64,000 bases of DNA from Nitrospirota bacterium (GCA_040754455.1 JBFMCP010000002.1:96001-160000); one strand, 5' to 3'. Shown: positions 16,547-26,318, numbered from the stretch's first letter. Notes: a model not told the origin generated them from the sequence alone. Translations and numbers: made by a program.

Positions 16547-17581
16547 ATGCCTAAGACCTATAACGGCCTGTTTGAGAAGATCTGCGATTTCGAGAACATC
16601 TATGGCGCATACCTCAAGGCGAGAAAATGCAGGCGGTACCGGGAGGAAATACTCAGGTTCAGCCGCAATGTGGAAGAGGAACTGTTGACGCTCCAGGATG
16701 AGCTGGTGCTGGGCACCTACAGGACCGGCCAGTACAAGCGGTTCTTTGTGTTCGAGCCAAAGAAACGAGAGATATTCGCGCTTCCCTTCAGGGACAGAGT
16801 GGTGCACCATGCAATCTGTACGATTATCGAGCCGCTCTTTGAGCGGAAGTTTATCTTCGACTCCTACGGGTGCAGGACCGGCAAAGGGCAGCATGCCGGG
16901 TCGTCCCGGCTGGTCTCCTTCCTGAGACGGGCGCAGAGAGTATGGGATGAGGTCTATTGCCTGAAGGCCGACGTGTCGAAATTCTTCCCCTCGGTGGACC
17001 ATGAGGCATTGAAGGGCATCATACGGCGGACCATACGCTGCAAAAGGACCCTGCAGCTTATCGATTGCATCATCGACAGCGCGCCTGAAGAGAAGGGGAT
17101 ACCGATCGGGAATCTTACCAGCCAGCTCTTTGCGAATATCTACCTGAATGAGCTTGATTACTTCGTAAAGAACGAGCTGCAGGCGAAGTTCTATCTGCGC
17201 TATATGGATGATTTTGTGATCCTCCATAACGATAAGAAAGTGCTGCATCAGTGGATGGCGCAGGTCGGCGAATTCCTGAGAGAAAGGCTTAAGCTTGAGC
17301 TCCATGCAAAGACCTCTGTCTTCCCCATCTCCAGGGGCGTCGACTTCCTCGGCTATCGCACCTGGCCGACGCACAAGCTCCTCAGGAAGCGCAATATCAT
17401 CGGCATGAAACGGAAGCTCAAAAAGCTTTCTGCATTATACAGGGACGGCAGGATTACCCTTCAGGTCGTGAGGCCGGTCATAGCCTCATGGCTCGGCCAC
17501 GCGAAGCACGCGAGCAGCTATAACGTCGTGAGGAGGATGCTCGGGAACGCTGTGTTTAGTAGGAGTTCATTATCGGGATGA
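16547..17581 (+). CDS. brt: DGR reverse transcriptase
   Basis: 344 aa; FRDRVVH, KADVSKFF, GIPIGNLTSQLFAN, RYMDD, VDFLGY; no maturase/endonuclease extension. Confidence 0.95.
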   Translation: MPKTYNGLFEKICDFENIYGAYLKARKCRRYREEILRFSRNVEEELLTLQDELVLGTYRTGQYKRFFVFEPKKREIFALPFRDRVVHHAICTIIEPLFERKFIFDSYGCRTGKGQHAGSSRLVSFLRRAQRVWDEVYCLKADVSKFFPSVDHEALKGIIRRTIRCKRTLQLIDCIIDSAPEEKGIPIGNLTSQLFANIYLNELDYFVKNELQAKFYLRYMDDFVILHNDKKVLHQWMAQVGEFLRERLKLELHAKTSVFPISRGVDFLGYRTWPTHKLLRKRNIIGMKRKLKKLSALYRDGRITLQVVRPVIASWLGHAKHASSYNVVRRMLGNAVFSRSSLSG

Positions 17582-17707
17582 TGTTATAATCATTATTGAT
17601 AAATTTCAAAACTATAAGCCTAAGCAGTGCAGTAAATGAAAAAGCCGCCGATAATAAGAAAAGGGACAATCAATAACTCCGCCTGTCGGAGAGCTATTAG
17701 AGACCCT

Positions 17708-18142
17708 ATGAGAAGAAAGAGAAAAATACTTATCGTTGATGATGAAGAGTTTGTACGTGCCGCTGTTCGCAGAATCCTTGAATTTAATAATTATTCGATT
17801 ATCGAGGCGCTCTCCGGGCCTGAGGCTTTAAAAAAATTGTCTGAAAAACCCGACTTGATCATTGCTGATTACCATTTAGGCGGCATGTCTGGGTTATGCC
17901 TCTTGATTGAGATCCGAAAGGCCAGTGATATCCCTATTATCATGTTGACCGCGGACTCCTCACAGAAAATAGCGGTGCAGTGGTTTCGTGAGGGAGGAAA
18001 TGATTTTATCCATAAACCTTTTGACAGCGATTTTCTTTTAGTCGTCGTTGAGCGCACACTGCGTTATGCTGCTGCCATGAGGGCAATGATGTCACAGCCC
18101 ACGAAAACCCGTAAGCCTCGCTCGAAGAGATCCTCGAAATAG
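17708..18142 (+). CDS. Stand-alone response regulator receiver protein (cargo gene; alternative start 17636)
   Basis: ILIVDDE, PDLIIADY, IIMLTA, FIHKPF; AT-rich; TGTTATAAT at 17582-17590. Confidence 0.85.
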   Translation: MRRKRKILIVDDEEFVRAAVRRILEFNNYSIIEALSGPEALKKLSEKPDLIIADYHLGGMSGLCLLIEIRKASDIPIIMLTADSSQKIAVQWFREGGNDFIHKPFDSDFLLVVVERTLRYAAAMRAMMSQPTKTRKPRSKRSSK

Positions 18143-18592
18143 GGGCATGATCGCTTTAAGTACGTCCGCTTTTGACGATGACGGGGCTATGGATGAGGTG
18201 CAAGTTTCTTTTATTGGTTCAGTTGTTTGCAAATAGGGATCGACCTGTGAATAAACATTCAGGGCAATGATGATATGAGCAAGCAAGGGGATGCCTACCA
18301 ACTCACCCACCTCGATCAGCCTCTTTGTTATCTCTATATCTTTCTTGCTTGGCGAGGGGTCTCCGCTTGGATGGTTATGAACTAAGATGACAGCATAGGC
18401 GCTATTTCTGATTGCCTTCCGGAAGACCTCTCGGGGATGGATCAATGAATTGGTGAGCGTCCCCCTCGATATGAGTTCTTTCTCAATAAGATCCTTTTTT
18501 GCATTCAGATGCAGCAGATACACATTCTCCCGATCCTCCAGTTCGAGAAATTGCATTGTTTGATAGACATCGGCAGCGTTCCTGATCTTCAT
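18092..18592 (-). CDS. radC: RadC-like JAB domain protein (short form)
   Basis: E...IHPREVFR...HNHPSGDPSPS..D JAMM motif. Confidence 0.88.
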   Translation of the reverse strand: MKIRNAADVYQTMQFLELEDRENVYLLHLNAKKDLIEKELISRGTLTNSLIHPREVFRKAIRNSAYAVILVHNHPSGDPSPSKKDIEITKRLIEVGELVGIPLLAHIIIALNVYSQVDPYLQTTEPIKETCTSSIAPSSSKADVLKAIMPLFRGSLRARLTGFRGL

Positions 18593-18628
18593 GACATACT
18601 CCTTATTTTTTTTGTAAAGATTCTACCG

Positions 18629-18644
18629 AGCAATGATTGTGCCA
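18629..18644 (-). promoter_or_regulatory. sigma54 (-24/-12) promoter upstream of radC
   Basis: TGGCAC-AATCA-TTGCT, consensus match. Confidence 0.7.
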
Positions 18645-18806
18645 AAACAAAATAAGAGTTATGAAACTGTTTTTCAATGATTTGGGGGAAGCTTCGGCGT
18701 GATGGTTATACAGAAAATGGATAACACTATTCATTTTTTGTATAACTACAGGGAAGCGGAGGTCGAGAGATATCCCCCCTCTCCTTTTGCACAATCTGGG
18801 TTTGCA

Positions 18807-18828
18807 AAAAGTACCCTAAAAGTACCCT
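18807..18828. repeat. Tandem 11-bp direct repeat, candidate integrase arm-type sites
   Basis: AAAAGTACCCT x2, about 110 bp from the tRNA-Glu 3' end. Confidence 0.55.
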
Positions 18829-18937
18829 TTGAAGAGCAGAAAAGATACCGAAAATAGCGGGTAGTTACCGATTGAAGCTGTTATGTCTGGACGGTGAAAA
18901 AGGTTATAAATCAGAGGATCTTGCTGATAAAAAAGAG

Positions 18938-19013
18938 TGGTGGTCCCAACGGGAGTCGAACCCGTGTTTTAGCCTTGAGAGGGCCACGTCCTAGGCCACT
19001 AGACGATGGGACC
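18938..19013 (-). tRNA. tRNA-Glu(CTC), probable prophage att site
   Basis: GGTCCCA...CT-CTC-AA...GTTCGACTC...TGGGACCACCA cloverleaf. Confidence 0.96.
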
Positions 19014-19108
19014 AATTAAGATAGTGTTTAGCTATCAGCATTCAGCAATCAACAACAAACTTAAAACAATCCGGATAAAGCGGATTGCTAAAAGCTCACA
19101 GCCGAAAA

Positions 19109-19182
19109 TGGCTGGGGAGAGAGGATTCGAACCCCTATAAGCAGATCCAGAGTCTGCCGTCCTGCCATTGGACGACTCCCCA
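19109..19182 (-). tRNA. tRNA-Gln(CTG)
   Basis: TGGGGAG...GCAGA-CT-CTG-GA-TCTGC...GTTCGAATC...CTCCCCAGCCA. Confidence 0.96.
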
Positions 19183-19305
19183 AAAGTCTCGGTAAAGTGT
19201 AACTTATTACAATATATAAAATTCAGCAATTAAGTCAATACACACCCGGCACTTCCGCCCCGTTCACGGGGTCCGTACGAGCGCTCCTCTGTGCTATAAT
19301 CACCT

Positions 19306-21441
19306 ATGCCTACACCGCGCGGGGATACAAAGAACATCATCCTTCTTGCCGTTCTGTCCTTCGGCATCTCTCTTCTCGTCTTTTTATCCGATGTGCTCGG
19401 CACTCTTGAACTCAAGGCATACGATCTCTACTCACAGCTCCTGAACCCTTCCCGTACTTCCGAAGACATCGTCGTCGTGCAGGTCGACCAGCGCAGCATC
19501 GATGCCCTGGCCTGGGGGGGCGTTAATTGGCCCTGGCCCCGGCAGATCTATGCACAGGTCATTGAGTATCTTTCTGAAGCGGAAGCGGTCTTCATTGATA
19601 TTCCCTTTACCGAGCCTTCCCCCTATGGTGCTGAGGACGACAGGATGCTGGCGGAAGCATGCAAAAAATCGCTCAATGTCTTTCTCCCGGTGGTCCTTTT
19701 GAAGCAGCAGAGGGCGCTGTCTGCAGCAGATGAGGAGTTCCTAAGAAATATTGCATTCCGGGAAAAGGTTGCCACAGGCGCAGCTTTCAGCGCCGCCATT
19801 ACTCCTATCGATGTATTGAAGGATGCTGTCGTCGGTGCGGGAAATATCACGATTACCGCTGATAGGGATGGCGTGTACCGCAGGATTCCCCTCGTCGCCA
19901 GAATAAAGCAGCAGACTGTCCCTCACTTTGCGCTCGGCAGTTTCCTCCGCAAGGGGACACTGGCGGTGCGGCAGAATGCACTGTATGCACGGAATACGAG
20001 GATACCGCTTACGGAAGGGAAGTTCATGCTGCAGTACCCTGGAAAAGGTAGTGCCTTCACCACGCTTTCGGCGATTGATATATTGAAATCGGCGATTTCG
20101 GGCACCGCCTCGGGCGAATCCGTCGTTACAAGAGACTTCTTCAAAGGGAAGACGGTGCTGATCGGCGTGACGGCAGCAGGTTTGTACGATGCCAAACCGA
20201 CCCCGGTTGTCCCGGCAGCAAGCGATGTGTTTATCCATGCCGCGCTTCTCGATAATATTGCTGGTGGGAACTTCATGCGGCAGGCCGACAGCGTGTTTGT
20301 AGTCGCCTTCATACTGCTCATTGTCGCCGCCGTCTGTCTTCTGGCACTGCAGCGTTACTCCTGTGGGGTAACCTTGGCGTTTTTTCCGGCGTGTCTGCTC
20401 ATCGTCCTCGGCGTCACTGTCCTCTCTTTTATGAATGCATGGTATCTGAATATCGTCGCTCCGGTGGCGGCGCTGCTGCTGAGCTTTTCCATTACTGCCG
20501 CCTACCGCTCTGCTGCGGAAGGGAGAGAGCGGCTTTTCATGAGGAAGACGCTTTCCCCGTATATGGATAAGCAGCTGGTGGAGTATGTGCTGCAGCATCC
20601 CTCACTCCTCAACCCTGGAGGCAGGCGGAAGAGGATCACTGTTCTTTTTACCGATGTCACCGGATTTGCCTCGTACACCGAAAACGTCTCTGCCGAACGG
20701 GCCGCAATGGTGCTCCATACACTCCTGAACGCCTTTACCGAGGTGATCATACGGAACAGCGGCGTTATCGGTAAATACATCAGCGACAGCATCATGGCCT
20801 TTTGGGGTGCCCCGCTCCGGGCAGAGAGCGATGAAAGCAACGCCTGCCGCGCTGCCCTCGAATGTATGGATGCGCTGAAGGAGGTAAATGTAAAGCTTAA
20901 ACAGCAGGGACTTCCCGAGATCGCTGTCAGGATCGGTGTCCACACAGGAGATGCGATCGTCGGAAACATCGGGAGAGACGGCCTCTTCGAGTATACGGCG
21001 ATCGGCGATGCGGTGAACCTCGCCTCACGGCTCGAATCGATCAACAAGGTGTTCAAGACAGGGATCATCGTCAGCGAGGAGACGCTGCAGAGGACGGGAG
21101 ATGACTTCTTCGTCAGGGAGCTTGGTATGATCGAAGTGAAGGGCAAGACCCTTCCGGTCAAGCTTTTCGAGCTGGTCGGGGAATCGGGCGCGGTGCGTTT
21201 CGAAAAGAGGGAGCTGGTCAGGGAGTATCTCTATGGATTGACACTCTACAAGGAGCAGAAGTGGTATGCGGCGATCCAGACGTTTCAGAAACTACTCGAT
21301 GCCACTCCACAGGACGGGCCTTCCGAGTTTTATAAACGGCGATGCGAGTATCTGATCGAGCATCCCAAGCTCGCCGGCGACTGGGACATCGTCAATATCG
21401 TCGAGAAGGAACGCAAGAATTTCTTCACCGGCCCTGCCTAG
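19306..21441 (+). CDS. CHASE2-domain class III adenylate/guanylate cyclase
   Basis: WPWPR CHASE2 motif, 3 TM helices, LFTDVTGF, RIGVHTG, GDAVNLASRLE. Confidence 0.92.
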   Translation: MPTPRGDTKNIILLAVLSFGISLLVFLSDVLGTLELKAYDLYSQLLNPSRTSEDIVVVQVDQRSIDALAWGGVNWPWPRQIYAQVIEYLSEAEAVFIDIPFTEPSPYGAEDDRMLAEACKKSLNVFLPVVLLKQQRALSAADEEFLRNIAFREKVATGAAFSAAITPIDVLKDAVVGAGNITITADRDGVYRRIPLVARIKQQTVPHFALGSFLRKGTLAVRQNALYARNTRIPLTEGKFMLQYPGKGSAFTTLSAIDILKSAISGTASGESVVTRDFFKGKTVLIGVTAAGLYDAKPTPVVPAASDVFIHAALLDNIAGGNFMRQADSVFVVAFILLIVAAVCLLALQRYSCGVTLAFFPACLLIVLGVTVLSFMNAWYLNIVAPVAALLLSFSITAAYRSAAEGRERLFMRKTLSPYMDKQLVEYVLQHPSLLNPGGRRKRITVLFTDVTGFASYTENVSAERAAMVLHTLLNAFTEVIIRNSGVIGKYISDSIMAFWGAPLRAESDESNACRAALECMDALKEVNVKLKQQGLPEIAVRIGVHTGDAIVGNIGRDGLFEYTAIGDAVNLASRLESINKVFKTGIIVSEETLQRTGDDFFVRELGMIEVKGKTLPVKLFELVGESGAVRFEKRELVREYLYGLTLYKEQKWYAAIQTFQKLLDATPQDGPSEFYKRRCEYLIEHPKLAGDWDIVNIVEKERKNFFTGPA

Positions 21442-22211
21442 AACAGCAGATTGTAATCGTTCAGAATTTCTTTGGCCAAAGCAATATAGCCCTGGGCACC
21501 CGTCGAGTTCGGCGAATAGAGCACGGCGGGCTTGCCGTGGCTGGGAGATTCCGCGAGGATGATATTCCGCGGGATGACGGTATCGTAGACCTTTGATTTG
21601 AACACCCTCCGCACCTCATCGGCCACCTGCCGTGAGAGCGCGATATGACGATTGTACATGGTGAGCAATATTCCTTCGAGATCGAGCGTTTCATTGAAGC
21701 TACCGCGCACTCTCCAGAGGAGCTTTATGAGGAGGCTGAGCCCCTCCACTGCAAAGTACTCGCACTGCACCGGGACAATCACCGACTCTGCTGCCACGAG
21801 GGCATTCAGGGTCAGGAGGCCAAAGGAGGGGGGGCAGTCGATGAAGATAAAGCGGTATTTCGGTTTCAGCGGTTTTAGGAGGTCACACAAGGTCGTCTCG
21901 CGGCGGGGTTTTTCGAGGAGCTCTATCTCGGCGGCAAAGAGGTCCATTGATGTGGGCAGCACGTGGAGATTGGGAATGAGCGTCTGCATGATGGCATCAT
22001 CTACCGTGGCCTTGCCGCAGTAGATATCGTAGAGGTCCGCTTTTATCTGCTCTTTCTTGATACCGAATCCGCTGGTCAGATTGCCCTGGGGATCAGAGTC
22101 GATGATGAGGATATTTTCGTTTGCGAGGGCGAGGGATGCGGAGAGATTGAGGGCGGTGGTGGTCTTGCCGACCCCGCCTTTCTGGTTCGTTATTGCAATG
22201 ATCCTGCTCAA
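21438..22211 (-). CDS. ParA/Soj family ATPase
   Basis: NQKGGVGKTT, DSDPQGN, IDCPP, PVQCEY, LAESPSHG. Confidence 0.93.
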   Translation of the reverse strand: MSRIIAITNQKGGVGKTTTALNLSASLALANENILIIDSDPQGNLTSGFGIKKEQIKADLYDIYCGKATVDDAIMQTLIPNLHVLPTSMDLFAAEIELLEKPRRETTLCDLLKPLKPKYRFIFIDCPPSFGLLTLNALVAAESVIVPVQCEYFAVEGLSLLIKLLWRVRGSFNETLDLEGILLTMYNRHIALSRQVADEVRRVFKSKVYDTVIPRNIILAESPSHGKPAVLYSPNSTGAQGYIALAKEILNDYNLLF

Positions 22212-22254
22212 ATCGACTCTTTAAGCACAAAAAGTATTCTGCAGGGAACAACGA

Positions 22255-23811
22255 TCAGTCCCACCTATGCACTCCCGATGCGGGGCTCATCTCCTGGATG
22301 TTGTACTTCTTCATCTTATAACCGATCTGCCGTGGGGTAAGGCCGAGCAGACGGGCTGCCCTTGCCTGAACCCAGCCGGACCGTTTCAGAGCTTCGATGA
22401 TTTTTGTTTTCTCGATGTCCTCTATGGTGGAGGGCAGCGCATCTTTGAGCTGTGTCGCATACCGAGCCTTGATCAGCTGATCCTTGATATTGAGCGGCAG
22501 GTCGGATTGGGTAATCGTATTTCCCCCGGCCATGACGACCAGCCGTTCGATGGTGTTTTCGAGCTCCCGCACATTGCCGGGCCAGTCATAATTGAGAAAA
22601 GTATTCATAACGTCGGGGGTGATGGTAACGGATTTATGATTGTCATGGTTGAACCTCTTGAGGAAATGTTCGACGAGAGGAGGAATGTCCTCCTTCCTCT
22701 CCCGCAGCGCAGGCAGAAAGAGAGGGACGACATTGAGGCGATAATAGAGATCTTCCCTGAATCTGCCGCCAGCAACGAGCTCTTCGAGATTCCTGCTCGT
22801 TGCGGCAATGAGCCGAACATCGACCTTGATGGTCTTTTCGCCGCCGACCCGCTCGAATTCTTTCTCTTGCAGCACCCGCAGTATCTTGGGCTGGAGGGCA
22901 ATCGGCAGGTCGCCGATCTCATCGAGAAAGATAGTGCCGCCGTTCGCCAGCTCGAAGCGGCCCTTTCGCATGGTCATCGCTCCGGTAAAGGCGCCCTTCT
23001 CGTGACCGAAGAGCTCCGACTCGAGCAGTCCTTCGGGAATGGAGGCGCAATTGAATTTGACAAAGGGTCCCTTTGCCCTTGGGCTCATATAGTGAATCGC
23101 TTTTGCGACCAGTTCCTTGCCGGTTCCGCTCTCGCCGCGAAGCAGCACATTGGCCTTTGACGGCGCCACCCTATGGATCGATTCGAAGACCTCCTGCATC
23201 CTCTCGGAGTAGCCGATGATGTTTTCGACTTTGTACTTTCCCCTCAACTGCTGCTTGAGCTGCTCCCTCTCCGCGAGAAAGGCCTCGCGCTCCTTTTCGA
23301 GCTCTCGGTGCAGCTTTACCGACTGTGCGATCAGGGATGCCATGATCTTCAGTAGCCGCAGGTCCTCCTCGAAAGACACCCTCTTGGAGCCGAAAAGCCG
23401 GTCGACGCTCAGGACGCCCACTATCTCGTTTTTGAACTTTATGGGGACGCAGAGAAAGGCGATGTTCTCTTTTTTGATCATCTGCCGGGCGCCGGTCTTG
23501 TTGAGGAAGAGCGGCTCTTCACCGATATTCGGAATGACGATGGGAGAGCCGTGTTTCGCCACCTGGCCGATAATGCCCTCTCCCAGCTTGTATCTGCCCC
23601 TTTTGATCTCTTCTTCGGACATGCCGTGTGCGGCGATGATGGAGACTTCATTGTTGTTCCTGAGCGCGACGGTCCCCCGCTTCATGTCGAGGTATTCGGA
23701 GAGCACTCGCATGACGCCCCGGAGGTTTGCCCTGAGGTTCAGCGATGAGCCGAGGAGCTTGCTGATCTCGTAGAGCGCGGTGATTTCGAAGGTCTTATCG
23801 TTATTACGCAT
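22255..23811 (-). CDS. nifA: NifA-like sigma54 activator (GAF-AAA+-HTH)
   Basis: GAF domain (GEGIIG, FLNKTG), [15 protein letters not shown]-terminal [17 protein letters not shown]. Confidence 0.7.
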   Translation of the reverse strand: MRNNDKTFEITALYEISKLLGSSLNLRANLRGVMRVLSEYLDMKRGTVALRNNNEVSIIAAHGMSEEEIKRGRYKLGEGIIGQVAKHGSPIVIPNIGEEPLFLNKTGARQMIKKENIAFLCVPIKFKNEIVGVLSVDRLFGSKRVSFEEDLRLLKIMASLIAQSVKLHRELEKEREAFLAEREQLKQQLRGKYKVENIIGYSERMQEVFESIHRVAPSKANVLLRGESGTGKELVAKAIHYMSPRAKGPFVKFNCASIPEGLLESELFGHEKGAFTGAMTMRKGRFELANGGTIFLDEIGDLPIALQPKILRVLQEKEFERVGGEKTIKVDVRLIAATSRNLEELVAGGRFREDLYYRLNVVPLFLPALRERKEDIPPLVEHFLKRFNHDNHKSVTITPDVMNTFLNYDWPGNVRELENTIERLVVMAGGNTITQSDLPLNIKDQLIKARYATQLKDALPSTIEDIEKTKIIEALKRSGWVQARAARLLGLTPRQIGYKMKKYNIQEMSPASGVHRWD

Positions 23812-23964
23812 AGGTATACAGTTTAATAAAATGCTACAAAAATGTAAAGTTTTAATACTTTATTGTATGACCTCGGATCAACCGTCGATTGCGGGGAGGG
23901 ACGGGAAATCGAGTATAATAAGCCCATCAAACGGTCTGTTCCGTCTGACAAGGAGGAGTTCGGA

Positions 23965-24495
23965 ATGAAACGACAGAAAGCCCTTCCCTCAATGATTGTG
24001 GTGTTCGCCGTAGTGGGGACCCTCTGCATTGCCCCTGCTGCCGAAGGCACTGGCTGGAAGCCCTATGCCGAAACAGCCTTCTTTACATTCCATTACGATG
24101 CCGATGATATCAGCTATCCCTCGAAGCGTCTTGATCTCAACCGCGTGAAAGTGGTCAAAGGCTACATTCTCGGCGTCTGGACAAAGCGGGTTCCCAGAGG
24201 GGAGGAAGGAAGGGAGCGGCAGATCGAGGAATACAAGAAATCAGGGCTCTCCACGAAAGGGTATGAGCGCTATGCGCATACTGTTGCCATGGAGGAGATA
24301 AACTGCAGGGAAAAGACCTTCCGCGTCATCTCTGAGACCGATTTCGATAAAGAGGGCAACAAGCTGGGCGCTTTCGTCCAGGAGCCGTCCCGTGTGCGCT
24401 GGAAGCCCATCCTGCCGGAATCGGACCACGATGCGCTCTTCACGGTGCTTTGTAAGGAGCTGCCGTCGAAGATGGTTGAGGTGCAGGAGAAGTAG
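23965..24495 (+). CDS. Secreted protein, surface-adhesin-E-like
   Basis: SD AAGGAGG, signal peptide, VWTK...EINC...W.PILPES...LC. Confidence 0.6.
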   Translation: MKRQKALPSMIVVFAVVGTLCIAPAAEGTGWKPYAETAFFTFHYDADDISYPSKRLDLNRVKVVKGYILGVWTKRVPRGEEGRERQIEEYKKSGLSTKGYERYAHTVAMEEINCREKTFRVISETDFDKEGNKLGAFVQEPSRVRWKPILPESDHDALFTVLCKELPSKMVEVQEK

Positions 24496-24503
24496 AGAGT
24501 AGC

Positions 24504-24764
24504 ATGGATAACGGTTATATCACTCTTATCGGCTTGCTCGCCGCCACTCTTACGACAGCATCCTTCATCCCCCAGGTCGTGAAGACCTGGAAGCTCAAGG
24601 AGACAAAAGATCTCTCCTTCTGGATGCTGCTGCTCTTCAGTGTCGGTATTTTCCTGTGGCTGCTCTATGGCGTGTTCATTAAGGACTTGCCGGTCATCCT
24701 TGCCAACCTCGTCACCTTTGTCCTCGTCATGATTATTCTATTTTTCAAGCTCAAATATAGATAG
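24504..24764 (+). CDS. SemiSWEET / PQ-loop transporter
   Basis: LTTASFIPQVVK, TKDLS, WLLYG, PVILAN. Confidence 0.9.
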   Translation: MDNGYITLIGLLAATLTTASFIPQVVKTWKLKETKDLSFWMLLLFSVGIFLWLLYGVFIKDLPVILANLVTFVLVMIILFFKLKYR

Positions 24765-24843
24765 TGACAAAGGCAGGGATAAACACTTCAAGGAGCCATA
24801 AAGCTCTTCACCGGCGGCGTAGCGGTTTGTCGTTGCGATGCTG

Positions 24844-25188
24844 CTATGAAGGCAGGATATACTTATTCAAAAACACGAACGAGATCAGGATGAAGAGCGA
24901 TACGCCGATCAGAAGCGAGAGGAAGAGGTTCAGCCTGGGGGTGAGGAGGATAACCGTAAGGATATAGGCGACCCAGGGCAAGAGCATGACGATGAGACCT
25001 CTGGCGTACGAGAGAACGGCATCCTGGCCTGTATTGAAATAGATAATCAGGAACGTGCACAGCGTTGAAATGGGCAAGGTGCCGACAAAGGCAGCCAGAG
25101 AGCCCCGGGAATTGCTGGCAAGATACGTAACGGTGCTGGTGACAGTGCCACCAAGGAGAAAATACATCAGATACTTCATAGTCAACAA
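24844..25188 (-). CDS. Small membrane protein (DUF3147-like)
   Basis: 4 TM segments, FLLGG, LPIST. Confidence 0.6.
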   Translation of the reverse strand: MLTMKYLMYFLLGGTVTSTVTYLASNSRGSLAAFVGTLPISTLCTFLIIYFNTGQDAVLSYARGLIVMLLPWVAYILTVILLTPRLNLFLSLLIGVSLFILISFVFLNKYILPS

Positions 25189-25345
25189 CCTCAGAACTTA
25201 TAGTATACTACATTTGGCAACAACGCCGCAAAGAGCTCTCCTTAGTTATCGGTGCTTTGAGGGGGAAACTTGATCATCATGCCTTTTGAGAGCAGGGGAT
25301 AAGGCGCGCTCCTGCTTGCGTGATATGCGATACTGAAAGGGGCTG

Positions 25346-26020
25346 CTATATGAATTGAACGCCGAGACGGTAGGTGCCGCTGCTGTCGAGTCGTATACTC
25401 CACCGTACAATCCCCGCCTGATGCGCTATGCCGTTGAACCTGAGGACACGGCCGGGCTCGAGCGGGTAGCGGGCCTGGATCCCGACCCCTCCCTCGCTGA
25501 TATCGATGATATCGGCGGGCAAGGTGATCCTGCTCGGGTTCTCAAGATCAAGGATGGTTATCGAGCAATCCTTCAACTTTGTACAGGTGGTGCGTTCGAA
25601 CTGCCGCTTTTCACCGGCGTGCGGCTCTTTGTGAAAGCCCTCGGCGGTGGTCCTGTGGATGCCGTCCTCAAATGCCTGCTTTGCAATTGCCTTGATCTGC
25701 GAGAGATCGAAAGGTTTGGCGATAAAGCAATAGGCGTTTTTTTCGATCTCTCTTTTTGCAGTATCATCGAGCTGTCTTCCGGTCATTATGGCGATTTTGG
25801 TGCGAGGAGAGATCTCTTTGATCTGTCTCATGAGGTCGACACCGTTTGCGTCGGGGAGGTGGATGTCGAGAAAGCAGAGGTCATAAGGGTGGGAGCTGAC
25901 CTCGTGCAGGGCAGCCTCGCCGGAAGCTGCAGTGGCAACAGTAGTGAGGCCGTCGTGCAGCGATTTCGCCAGCCCGTATAAGATCAAAGACTCATCATCG
26001 ACGATCAAGATTGATTTCAT
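25346..26020 (-). CDS. Response regulator with C-terminal PilZ domain
   Basis: ILIVDDE receiver; RxxxR (RQFER) and DISEGG PilZ motifs. Confidence 0.88.
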   Translation of the reverse strand: MKSILIVDDESLILYGLAKSLHDGLTTVATAASGEAALHEVSSHPYDLCFLDIHLPDANGVDLMRQIKEISPRTKIAIMTGRQLDDTAKREIEKNAYCFIAKPFDLSQIKAIAKQAFEDGIHRTTAEGFHKEPHAGEKRQFERTTCTKLKDCSITILDLENPSRITLPADIIDISEGGVGIQARYPLEPGRVLRFNGIAHQAGIVRWSIRLDSSGTYRLGVQFI

Positions 26021-26318
26021 TGCAGCCTGCTTGTGATTAATTTCCCTCTCAAGTGGAGTGCGAAACCGTTCACCGTGTAACAATGGCAAAATAGTAGCAT
26101 TCCTGCAAAATTATAGCAACTCTTATACCACTATAGATGGTGGTTGTAATGTTATAACCGTAATGTCCGAGTTGCGGGTGCTCACGGTACTGCTAAGATG
26201 CCCCTCCAATAATGTGTCGATAGAATACCGGCAATGTTTACGTGTTGATTTTGTTGGCATATCGGTGGTAATCTCTTGCCGGCAGGAATACAGGCTGCCT
26301 TACATGGATGGTGGACGA

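Larger units (their letters stand above)
1..18940. mobile_element. Prophage right arm (siphovirus-like tail module, lysis cassette, DGR, cargo genes); left end lies outside the window
   Basis: Co-oriented phage morphogenesis genes (tail tube, chaperones, tape measure, tail tip) ending at the 3' end of tRNA-Glu; host genes follow. Confidence 0.92.

Noticed and set aside
16547..17581. RT as group II intron, retron or Abi RT
   Set aside because: Short length, SQ motif, and adjacent avd and TR/VR identify it as DGR-type
19035..19229. ORF overlapping tRNA-Gln
   Set aside because: Translation of tRNA and repeat sequence
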